Assembly (NCBI GenBank): GCA_963555755.3
Contig: OY820905.2
Location: forward strand, 2,976,001-3,040,000
Source: Nitrospirales bacterium
GTDB lineage: Bacteria; Nitrospirota; Nitrospiria; Nitrospirales; UBA8639
Length of the DNA: 64,000 nt
Direction: 5' to 3'
In this document: in pieces, positions 10,595 to 19,012 of the stretch
Numbering within the stretch: the first letter of the stretch is position 1
How the letters are laid out: the number at the start of each line of letters is the position of its first letter
Translations under genes and position numbers: made by a program
The notes under the pieces: model-generated
Told to the model about the DNA's origin: nothing
The model's input: only the letters and a program-made list of their open reading frames with translations
The model's database searches: none

Positions 10595-11582
10595 GAACGC
10601 CACCGCGGTGGTGACCGGGGCCAGTGGTTTCATCGGCAGCCACCTGGTTGACTATCTGGTGGAAGGGGGGTGCACGGTTTACGCCTTAATCCGTAAAACC
10701 AGCGATCTTAAATGGCTGCGTCAATCGGACCGTGTCAAGCTTCACCTGGCCGACCTGACTCAATCAGACCTTTCCCTCCCTTTTCTGGACCAGGCGGATT
10801 ACCTGTTTCACTGCGCCGGGCTGACCAAAGCAAAAACAGAGGCGGAATATTTCAAAATAAACGCCGAGGGCTGCACCACTCTTTATGAAAACTGCGTGTC
10901 CACAGGGAAAAAGTTCAAGGCTATTGTTCACCTGAGCAGCCTTGCAGCGGTGGGTTCGGGAGAAGTCCACAAGGCGGTCGATGAAAATTCACCGTGCAAA
11001 CCGCTCACTTTCTACGGAAAATCCAAACTTGCCGGGGAGGAAACCGCTTTAAAATTCTCCTCCTCCCTTCCGGTGGTTATCATTCGTCCCCCGGTGGTCT
11101 ACGGTCCCAGGGAAACAGACTTTTTCACCTACCTGAAAGCCATCCAGAAAGGATGGAAGGTTAAAATTGGCCATGGCCCCCGGGAACTTTCCCTGATCCA
11201 CGTCCAGGACCTGGTGCGGGCCATGGTAGAGGCCGCGGTTCGTTTCCCCCGGGATGAGAATATCTTTTTCGTTACCGATGGGAAGGCTTATTCCTGGGAG
11301 GATGTGGCTGAAACCGCCATGCAGATACTGAATGTTCGCGCGAGAACCCTCGCCATTCCGGAATCGTTGTTTGCCGGGGTCGCGTGCGTCTCGGAAGCCC
11401 TTGCGTGGTTCGGTTCCACCGCCCCATTGATAGACAGGCAAAGACTGATTGATGTGCGCCAGAGTTCCTGGGTGGCTTCCCCCAAGAGATTTTTTGACCG
11501 TTATAATTTCCAGCCACAATATGACCTGGAAAAGGGGTTAAGGGAGACTTTGGCCTGGTATCAAGAGAACCGCTGGATGTGA
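10572..11582 (+). CDS. NAD(P)-dependent extended SDR/epimerase, candidate oxidised-ceramide reductase (CerR-like)
   Basis: TGASGFIG, YGKSK, RPPVVYGP; overlaps the upstream gene; start moved to ATG 10572. Confidence 0.75.
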   Translation: MNVLAPLENATAVVTGASGFIGSHLVDYLVEGGCTVYALIRKTSDLKWLRQSDRVKLHLADLTQSDLSLPFLDQADYLFHCAGLTKAKTEAEYFKINAEGCTTLYENCVSTGKKFKAIVHLSSLAAVGSGEVHKAVDENSPCKPLTFYGKSKLAGEETALKFSSSLPVVIIRPPVVYGPRETDFFTYLKAIQKGWKVKIGHGPRELSLIHVQDLVRAMVEAAVRFPRDENIFFVTDGKAYSWEDVAETAMQILNVRARTLAIPESLFAGVACVSEALAWFGSTAPLIDRQRLIDVRQSSWVASPKRFFDRYNFQPQYDLEKGLRETLAWYQENRWM

Positions 11583-11585
11583 TCT

Positions 11586-12455
11586 ATGAATGATCCCGAC
11601 AATCAGCCCCATGTTGTGGAAGACCTGGTGGAACCGGTCAACCGGTATGTCCATAACCCCATTGCGGCAGCGATCGTAAAGTTTTTAAAAGGAACCCCGA
11701 TCACCCCCAACCAGGTAACCTACGCCTCAATTTTTATCGGATTGTTTTCGGCCTATCGATTCAGTCTGGGAACAGGACTTTCCATGGTTCAGGGGGGCCT
11801 CTTGCTGGAGGGAGTCTTGATTCTGGATTGCGTGGACGGTCAGTTGGCACGGGCCAAGGGGTGTTCCAGCGATTGGGGTCGTCTCCTCGACGGAATTGCC
11901 GGGTACATCATTTATCTGGCCGTCCTGTTGGGAATCATGGTGGGCTTGAAAAATCATTATGTGGCCCTGTCGGTCATCGGTGCCGTTACCATTCTCAAAG
12001 CCATATCTTACGACTATTGCAAGCTCAGCATGAACACCCTGATTCAAAAGGGATATGACGGAAGCCAAAAAGAGATTTACGACACGTATCAGAAGATCAG
12101 GGAAAATTCCTCGTTCACTCTTAAGTTATATTTTTATTACCTGCAGGTTCAGCAAACCCTGTTTGGCGGGCGGTGGTTTACATTGGACCGCTTCGGGGAA
12201 AAAACAGAAAAACCCCCCGATGAACACCTATTGAATCAGGAGCAGCGCGAACAATACCGGAATAATGCCCGAACCCTGATGGCCGTCTGGAGTTGGAACG
12301 GCGTTGATTTTCCTCTTTTCCTGCTGGCCGGATCGGCCATTTTTGGGATTCTTGAACCCTGCCTAGTGCCCCTGGCTTTTATTCTGACAGGTCAATACAT
12401 TCTCACCATGCTCTATCATGCGCTAAAAAATACAAGTTTTCATGCAGGGAGTTAA
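11586..12455 (+). CDS. CDP-alcohol phosphatidyltransferase
   Basis: TPNQVT and DCVDGQLARAKGCSSDWGRLLD signature. Confidence 0.9.
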   Translation: MNDPDNQPHVVEDLVEPVNRYVHNPIAAAIVKFLKGTPITPNQVTYASIFIGLFSAYRFSLGTGLSMVQGGLLLEGVLILDCVDGQLARAKGCSSDWGRLLDGIAGYIIYLAVLLGIMVGLKNHYVALSVIGAVTILKAISYDYCKLSMNTLIQKGYDGSQKEIYDTYQKIRENSSFTLKLYFYYLQVQQTLFGGRWFTLDRFGEKTEKPPDEHLLNQEQREQYRNNARTLMAVWSWNGVDFPLFLLAGSAIFGILEPCLVPLAFILTGQYILTMLYHALKNTSFHAGS

Positions 12456-12618
12456 ATTAATTCGGTTTTTATCATCGATGGGTAATCTGAAGTCCGCCCG
12501 CCTGCTTCCATTCTGAATGCCTGTGACCTGCCCAACACTAGATTTGACAATACATCAATGAACCGAATAAATTAGTATACGGGAAAATCAGCTTTTTTAT
12601 TTTGCGCAGGGTAAACAA

Positions 12619-12753
12619 ATGACTGGAAAAGTCATCTTTGTACTTGTGATCGGCCTCATGGCCATCGTGGTCAGTGTTTTGGCGTGTACGGGCTGGATTT
12701 ATGGATTTGCCTGGTGGCGCCGCAGAGAATACTTTAACGATACTTCCTCATAA
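12619..12753 (+). CDS. Putative 44-aa single-pass membrane microprotein
   Basis: MTGKVIFVLVIGLMAIVVSVLACTGWIYGFAWWRRREYFNDTSS; TTGACA at 12544 with TAAATT 18 bp later. Confidence 0.55.
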   Translation: MTGKVIFVLVIGLMAIVVSVLACTGWIYGFAWWRRREYFNDTSS

Positions 12754-13118
12754 CCTCATTTCTCTCCCCTCTTTGCATCTCTAAAGTCCAACAGTCAAAA
12801 CTTAGAATGTCGGCTGGCCTGTATTAAACGGCGGTAGAAGTCATAGCTCCTAAACACGGTTTAACTTCTTTGCCGTTTTCCCCTTAACCATTCTTTTGCA
12901 TTGAAGACAGGGGAAGTAAGGCAAGGCAGTCAACGATTTAAAAATCCCCCCATTGGGGGACCACCTTTGGACTTCCAGGAAAGGACCCACTTCCAGCTCT
13001 GAATCTATCAAGATCACATTCTATAACACTTGAAAATAGCGATTCCCCTTTGTTGAAGAGGATATTATGGCACTATTTCGCCCTTAATCATTCTTAGTCT
13101 AATCCTGATCGGTAGAGA

Positions 13119-13163
13119 TTTCAGAACCGGGCGTTAGGGGTTCAAGTCCCTCCGGACGCGCCA
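13119..13163 (+). other. tRNA-Arg-like 3' half, att-site remnant T2
   Basis: ttcagaaccgggcgttAGGGG-TTCAAGT-CCCTCcggacgcgCCA; about 100 bp downstream shared with T3. Confidence 0.8.
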
Positions 13164-13298
13164 GTTTTTCTTTCCAAATCGAAATTCCAATAAAAAAGTT
13201 TAGTCTGCCATCATTTTTGGAACAGGCGGCATGAAAAAAATCCCACCAATCTGAATGTGGTGCCCCAAATCTGACCCTATACACATTATTAAATAGGA

Positions 13299-13481
13299 TT
13301 GTCCCCTTTAAAAGTAAAAAACTTCTTGACCTGTAATAAGTGCGGCGCTGAGGGCGTGCCGATTGGCAAGACCAAGAACGGCATGCAAACAACTTTTTGT
13401 TCATCCTGCAAAACCCGCGTCTTTTTCTCTGAACAAGCCTTTCTCATGGCCGAAAAGCGGTGTTTGATCTATACCCAATAA
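13299..13481 (+). CDS. Possible small zinc-ribbon protein
   Basis: CNKC...CSSC in 60 aa; TTG start, convergent with the YjzC gene. Confidence 0.4.
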   Translation: MSPLKVKNFLTCNKCGAEGVPIGKTKNGMQTTFCSSCKTRVFFSEQAFLMAEKRCLIYTQ

Positions 13482-13543
13482 TATTAGTAGTGTGAATATC
13501 ACTTAATTTGGTGAGGGCCTTTCGGCTAGCCCCACAAATTTTC

Positions 13544-13732
13544 CTATCGCCCTGATTTGTTCTTTGTTGGATCCACCAGAGTATAAGTGGAGCCTGGTGT
13601 TGGCGTAGGAGGGAGAGGTTCCCCTTTTACAGAAGTGACCTCATGCCCGTGGCCACCTCTTGGACCAATTTGTTGATATTGTCCCGACTTTGGGGCTGTT
13701 TGCCCTGGCTTTAGTCCACGTAATTTTCCCAT
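13544..13732 (-). CDS. YjzC-like small protein
   Basis: KPGQTAPKSGQY...GPRGG...VT..KGEPLPPT pattern; AAGGAG RBS. Confidence 0.8.
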   Translation of the reverse strand: MGKLRGLKPGQTAPKSGQYQQIGPRGGHGHEVTSVKGEPLPPTPTPGSTYTLVDPTKNKSGR

Positions 13733-13799
13733 TTTTCATCTCCTTTCAGATAGATAATTTAACCATGTTTTGCCAGAAAGCCTGCAGTTGAGCCAATAA

Positions 13800-14255
13800 T
13801 TAGGCTGCACCTTCGATCTCTTCAATATCCTGCGTGAAATCAAATACAATCCTAATGGGTTCCCCCTCGTTTTTGTTTTGGTTGTAGCTGTTTAGATCTG
13901 ACTTCAACTGTCCGCAGTCTCCTACTATTTGCTGCCTCCTTTGCTGAAAGGCAATTTTCATATGTTGTGGTGAAGCTGTGCGAATATCAGCCCAAAATGT
14001 TGTCTGCTTGCCTTGGCTCAAAATCCTAGCAGCGTGTTTGGCTCGCACAGTTCTTCCTTGGGGATCAACTATGTAATCTTCACGCATGGCTTTGGAAATT
14101 TGATCAGCGCATTGGTTAATGACTGTGCTCGGATGAGGCTCCCAAAGATCGTTCCGTATAGCCCATGCTGCTATGGCACGACTCGTTGCGGGCCAGGGCT
14201 GCTTGGCCTTAACGTATTTAGAAACAATTTCTTGCATTTGTTTTGTGTAAGTCAT
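13800..14255 (-). CDS. Hypothetical protein (151 aa) in higBA operon
   Basis: GGAGG RBS, 15 bp after the higA-ImmA stop; no recognised domain. Confidence 0.8.
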   Translation of the reverse strand: MTYTKQMQEIVSKYVKAKQPWPATSRAIAAWAIRNDLWEPHPSTVINQCADQISKAMREDYIVDPQGRTVRAKHAARILSQGKQTTFWADIRTASPQHMKIAFQQRRQQIVGDCGQLKSDLNSYNQNKNEGEPIRIVFDFTQDIEEIEGAA

Positions 14256-14270
14256 AACTATTTAGCCTCC

Positions 14271-15413
14271 CTAAAGACCTGATGGGACAGTACCCCATCC
14301 ATCCGTCAAAGCCGCAGATGTGATGATCTCTTTTATTTTTACCAACAAAGGCCTATTTTGAGACCAAAGAATTTCTTTTCTGTGCTGAAGTTGACCTACC
14401 GCAATGCCAGGATGGATATTATTGTTATTGGCAAACCTTGTGATATTTATTTTGGAATACAGGGGGCTTACCCTGGTTATAAAATTCTCCAATTTGTCTT
14501 GAGGGATTAAGTTTCCTACAGCAAACTTATCCGCCGCCTTCTCTGCAGGCGGCTTATCCGCTAGTGCCGCTGCATCCTTCCCTATCAGATCCGTGTCTAA
14601 TGTCTCGTAGCTATTGTTCAATCCATCACGATTCTTTATGTGCCCTAATTCATGAAAGAGTGTATGCCAAAACGAATCAATTCGATCGTACCTAAGTGAT
14701 AGGACGATAACGGGAGAATGAGGGTTAAGCCAAAAACATGCTCCATCAATTCGTGTTTTGGGAATGGCCTCAACCGTCAAAAATCGAATACCACATTCAG
14801 CAAGGATTTGTGGAACGAGTCTAATCTCTTGTGGTGCATGAAGAAGTTGTTGGAGCTTAAAAATAGCCAATTTAAAGTTGGCCTCATTAAATTTGTTTGC
14901 AGTAACCGCCTTAGATAGGTGTCTTGCACGATATAGCCAAGCTAGTTGAGATGGTGTAGGCTTTTTATATGCCAAGGAGGTTCTTGCAGCGAATGCCCAA
15001 AACCGTATCTCTTGGTCAAGAGTTTTTATTTCTAAGAAGTCCATGACCCTGCTTTCTAAGACCTCAATATTTGTTGACGATTCAATCCAGCCACGCCGAA
15101 TCATTTCCTTCACAGGAGCCTTTTCATATAGTTTGGCCCGTCGAGTCACCGACTCATCAGACTTCTTTATCCTTGACAACTGAAACGCGTTTTCTAGATT
15201 CAACCAAAGTTCTGGTGAGGTGCCGAAAGCGTCAGCCAACCCTTTTGCAGTTTCAGGAGTAACTGATCGCTTCCCAGAAATAATTTCGTTGATGCGGTTG
15301 AGAGGACGACCAAGGATGTCGGCTAAATCGCCTTGGGTCCATCCTCTTTCCTCAAGTTCTTCCCGTATAAATTCTCCCGGAGGGAAAACCTCTACTGAAG
15401 TCCGATTAGACAT
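14271..15413 (-). CDS. higA: HigA-type HTH antitoxin fused to ImmA/IrrE Zn-metallopeptidase
   Basis: PPGEFIREEL, INEIISGKRSVT, WLNLE; C-terminal FWHTLFHELGH...EKAADKFA. Confidence 0.9.
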   Translation of the reverse strand: MSNRTSVEVFPPGEFIREELEERGWTQGDLADILGRPLNRINEIISGKRSVTPETAKGLADAFGTSPELWLNLENAFQLSRIKKSDESVTRRAKLYEKAPVKEMIRRGWIESSTNIEVLESRVMDFLEIKTLDQEIRFWAFAARTSLAYKKPTPSQLAWLYRARHLSKAVTANKFNEANFKLAIFKLQQLLHAPQEIRLVPQILAECGIRFLTVEAIPKTRIDGACFWLNPHSPVIVLSLRYDRIDSFWHTLFHELGHIKNRDGLNNSYETLDTDLIGKDAAALADKPPAEKAADKFAVGNLIPQDKLENFITRVSPLYSKINITRFANNNNIHPGIAVGQLQHRKEILWSQNRPLLVKIKEIITSAALTDGWGTVPSGL

Positions 15414-15427
15414 TGTTATCCTCCGAT

Positions 15428-15724
15428 TTAGTGATAATCTTCAATTGATACTATAATGACAGTCTTTGTGTTTCTTTCCTTTTTGAATTCAAGAATCAAC
15501 CTATATTGGTCATTTAAGCGCATAGAATATTGTGACTTTCTTGCTCCCTTTAACTTTTCGAAATGCAGTGACTTCATTTGGCGAAAATCCCTTTCGTCAA
15601 CAGCATTACGAATAAATTGCATTCGTTTCCAAAATACTCTAACCGCCGCTTGCGGCAATGTTGTAGGGGCCCGTGGATCCGTTTCGAGCCTATCCATGGC
15701 ATCGTCCTGAAATTCAACCTCCAT
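15428..15724 (-). CDS. higB: HigB (RelE/ParE family) toxin
   Basis: LHFEKLKG...YSMRLNDQYRLI...IEDYH; upstream of the antitoxin. Confidence 0.9.
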   Translation of the reverse strand: MEVEFQDDAMDRLETDPRAPTTLPQAAVRVFWKRMQFIRNAVDERDFRQMKSLHFEKLKGARKSQYSMRLNDQYRLILEFKKERNTKTVIIVSIEDYH

Positions 15725-15732
15725 ATTTCTAA

Positions 15733-15785
15733 ATACTACTCCTGTTTTAATTGTATGTCAATATATAATTTTACACTAAATGTAA
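15733..15785 (-). promoter_or_regulatory. Sigma70 promoter of higB plus palindromic operator
   Basis: TTGACA (15756-15761)-17 bp-TAGTAT (15733-15738), 8 nt from the ATG; TTACA-N5-TGTAA at 15771-15785. Confidence 0.7.
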
Positions 15786-15901
15786 TACTGTAAATTTTAA
15801 ATTATAGTAATCCGCAACTCTAAATGGACGTCATAAACAAACACTGACCAAAACAACGATCACGGATTGTCACTATGCAGTTTGGCGGGGGGGGGGGGGG
15901 G

Positions 15902-18479
15902 CAATGGCATTCGGTTTGGTTCGAACGAACAATCTGCCTTCTCTGTTATCAGCGGAACTGGTTGATTGATCAGGGCTTCTGAACCGAAGTCGCCCTGGTG
16001 TCCTTTTTCGCTTGACTTCTTTTCCGTCTTCTGAGAGACTATCCTCGATGAAGACTGTGGACACCTTACCCAAGACGACCTTTAGCGGGCGGCGGTTCAC
16101 CCGCAAGCAGTTGGCGCAGGTCCAAGAAACCGTCCAGCTGTTCCCCCACCTGAGTCGGAAGGAATTGGCCCTCACCGTCTGTGAGCATCTCAGCTGGACC
16201 ACGCCGACGGGCCACAACAAGATTCATTCCTGTTTGACCTTGCTGACCGAGCTGGAAGCGCACGGGATCGTGACTCTGCCGGCCACGCGCCACAAGCGCG
16301 CGCCGGGACACCCCATCCCTGCGTTTCACGAGCCGCCCCCCACCGAGCCACTCACCGACACCCTCGCCGCCGTGGCCCCAATTACCCTGCACCGGGTGGT
16401 CTCGAAAGAGGAACGCGAGAGCTGGAAAGCCTACCTGCAGACCTATCATTATTTGGGCTATAAACACCCGATCGGGGCCCAGCTGGGCTATCTGGTGAGA
16501 TCGGCCGCCCAGCCGTACCCGCTGGGCTGTCTGCTGTTTTCGGCCTCGGCCGCCTGGGCGCTGGCCCCCAGAGATCACTGGATTGGCTGGGACGTGACGC
16601 ACCGGAGGAAGCTCCTGCCATTGGTGTTGCGCAATGATCGGTTTTTGATCTTTCCGTGGATTGACGTGCCGAATCTCGCCAGCCATGTGCTGGCGCGGGC
16701 CACCAAGCAGATCGGGGACGACTGGGTTGAAGTCTACGGTTATCGCCCGGTGCTGATTGAAACGTTCATCGATCCCTCCCGGTTTGCCGGGACCTGTTAT
16801 CGAGCGGCCAATTGGCACTTCGTGGGCTACACCGAGGGGCGCGGGCGGTTTGGCTCAACGTCGGACCGTCCACCCACGACAAAAGAGATTTTTCTCTATC
16901 CGCTCCAACCCGACTGGCGCGCGTGCCTGACTGCCGGGCATCGAGCCGTCACGGTGAAGACACGCTATCGCAACGACGTGCGAGCCAGTCGCACACGGTC
17001 CGTCGGGGAAGGGTTTGTCGCCTGGTGGAAACAGGTGGTCCACATCCTCCACGACGTGGCGGCCCAGTACGATGACCAGTGGCGCGTCCGGAAACGGGTG
17101 ATCGATTCCCTGATCCTGATGCTGTTGATCTTTCGGTTGGTGTCGTCAACCAACTCCCAAAGTTACGGCACCACCATTGATGACTTGTGGGACAGTTGCG
17201 ACAACCTGGCGCTCGCGCTCCCGCAACCCCACAGCATCGCGCCGGCGTCCTTTTGTGTCGCACGTCGCAAACTGGACGAAGCCATTTTCCAGTCCGTCAA
17301 CCGGAACATTCTGGACGCCTATGCCCCACACGACTCCAACGACACCTGGTTGGGCCATCGGGTGTTTGCCGTCGATGGCTCCAAGCTTACACTGCCCCGC
17401 GCGTTGCGGGCGTGTGGCTACCCCTTGCCCTCTGACAATGCACACTATCCTCAAGGGTTGCTGAGTTGCCTCTACCACCTCACGTCGCAAGTGCCCTGGG
17501 ATTTCGACCTCGTCGCGCATGGCAACGAGCGACGGTGCGCCCTGCGGCACCTGGCTGTGCTGAAGCCCAACGATGTCGTGGTGTACGATCGAGGCTATTT
17601 CTCCTACGTCCTGCTGCATCAGCACTGGACCGCCGGGATCCACGCCGTGTTTCGTCTCCAAGACAGCGGGTTCAAGGAGATTCAAGAGTTTTTTGCCGGC
17701 CCGGACACCGACACCACGGTCACCCTCTTCCCCGCCGCACGCACGCAACGAGACATCCGGGCGGTCTATCCTGATCTCGCCATCATCCCGTTGAGCCTGC
17801 GGCTTCTGAAATATGAGATGGCCGGCAGCCGATTTTGCTTGGGCACCACCCTGGTCGGCCCCCAGCAGCGGTATCCGCTCCAGGAGTTCATGGATCTCTA
17901 CCATGCCCGTTGGGGCATCGAGGAACTCTACAAGGTGAGCAAGCGCCTGTTCCTCATCGAGGAGTTTCATGCCAAAACCGAGCGCGGCGTCAAACAAGAG
18001 CTCTTCGCGCATTTCGTCCTGATCACCATGAACCGGCTGTTCGCCAATCGGGCGGACCACGCACTCAATCCCGAAGCCCCCGCAGCTGAGCCCATGGCCC
18101 CTCCCGGATCGTCCATAGTTGGAACCGGCACCGGGGCGAGGCGGACATTCAAGACCAACTTCAAACATTGCCTTCACGTGTTTGCGCGAAGCTTCGAAGA
18201 TCTGCTCGTGCTCCATGCTCGGATGCAGACCGCCGTCCAACGGGCCTTCGAGTCCATTGTGAGTCACTACCAACGGGTGAGGCCGGGCCGATCCTATCCT
18301 CGAACATCCATGAAACCGGAGTCCACGTGGCATCCACCCAAAAAGAACAGCCAGTCCAAGAACCCCACAGGGTCGATGGCCTCTATCTGAAAGTCCCTTA
18401 AGCACATGGAATCCGTTTCTTAAACGAATGAGCCAAATCCTTAAACGAATGCCGCCCATTCCTTAAACGAATGCCATTG
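15902..18479 (+). mobile_element. IS4-family IS inserted in a poly-G tract
   Basis: IRs CAATGGCATTCG / CGAATGCCATTG; G15 on the left and G16 on the right; three CTTAAACGAATG repeats at the right end. Confidence 0.9.
16048..18390 (+). CDS. DUF4338-fused IS4 DDE transposase
   Basis: IETFIDP..FAGTCYRAANW; AVDGS, YDRGY, YHARWGIEELYK (YREK motif). Confidence 0.9.
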   Translation: MKTVDTLPKTTFSGRRFTRKQLAQVQETVQLFPHLSRKELALTVCEHLSWTTPTGHNKIHSCLTLLTELEAHGIVTLPATRHKRAPGHPIPAFHEPPPTEPLTDTLAAVAPITLHRVVSKEERESWKAYLQTYHYLGYKHPIGAQLGYLVRSAAQPYPLGCLLFSASAAWALAPRDHWIGWDVTHRRKLLPLVLRNDRFLIFPWIDVPNLASHVLARATKQIGDDWVEVYGYRPVLIETFIDPSRFAGTCYRAANWHFVGYTEGRGRFGSTSDRPPTTKEIFLYPLQPDWRACLTAGHRAVTVKTRYRNDVRASRTRSVGEGFVAWWKQVVHILHDVAAQYDDQWRVRKRVIDSLILMLLIFRLVSSTNSQSYGTTIDDLWDSCDNLALALPQPHSIAPASFCVARRKLDEAIFQSVNRNILDAYAPHDSNDTWLGHRVFAVDGSKLTLPRALRACGYPLPSDNAHYPQGLLSCLYHLTSQVPWDFDLVAHGNERRCALRHLAVLKPNDVVVYDRGYFSYVLLHQHWTAGIHAVFRLQDSGFKEIQEFFAGPDTDTTVTLFPAARTQRDIRAVYPDLAIIPLSLRLLKYEMAGSRFCLGTTLVGPQQRYPLQEFMDLYHARWGIEELYKVSKRLFLIEEFHAKTERGVKQELFAHFVLITMNRLFANRADHALNPEAPAAEPMAPPGSSIVGTGTGARRTFKTNFKHCLHVFARSFEDLLVLHARMQTAVQRAFESIVSHYQRVRPGRSYPRTSMKPESTWHPPKKNSQSKNPTGSMASI

Positions 18480-18731
18480 GGGGGGGGGGGGGGGGTAAAA
18501 TTCATTCGACGCTGAGAACAACAGATGTGGGCTAGAAAAGGATTGCTGCCCTGAATGAAGATTTCCAAGTACTTGACTAAGCCGCTGGTTTACTCCCGGT
18601 TTTACTCCCGATTCTGAATCTACTTCAATCGCAATCCATAACACTTCGACCAAGAAAATCCCTGGTTTTAAAAGTGCTTAGTAGTCATAATGACAATCAA
18701 TCGTCCTTAGTCTCAATGTCTGTAGTTGGGT

Positions 18732-18776
18732 CTTCGGAACCAAGGGTTGGGAGTTCGAGTCTCTCCATGCGCGCCA
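18732..18776 (+). other. tRNA-Arg(TCG) 3' half, att-site remnant T3
   Basis: cttcggaaccaagggttGGGAG-TTCGAGT-CTCTCcatgcgcgCCA. Confidence 0.85.
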
Positions 18777-19012
18777 GTTTTTCTTTCCAAATCGAAATTC
18801 CAATTAAAGAGTTTGTTCTGACATCATTCTGGGAACAGACGGCATGACCAAATCACACCAATTTGAACCTAGAAACAGTAGTTGAATGTGGTACTCCAAG
18901 ACCTGCTCGGATTTCCCACTACAAGCAACCTCCCAAGTGAATTCACCGCAGCTGTTTCACGACTTCCTTACCACTTGATTAACCGATAGTTTTAAGTCAG
19001 TCTCTTGTCGCT

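Noticed and set aside
13119..13127. TCA anticodon in T2 as a selenocysteine or suppressor tRNA
   Set aside because: Only a 3' half with no long variable arm; a single change from TCG explains it
5206..18390. DUF4338 genes as a Druantia defence system
   Set aside because: No DruE helicase or partner genes; the domains lie inside IS elements with IRs
17146..18459. Long antisense ORFs (also 8340-9182 and 49305-50501)
   Set aside because: Opposite-strand shadows of GC-rich genes with no motifs
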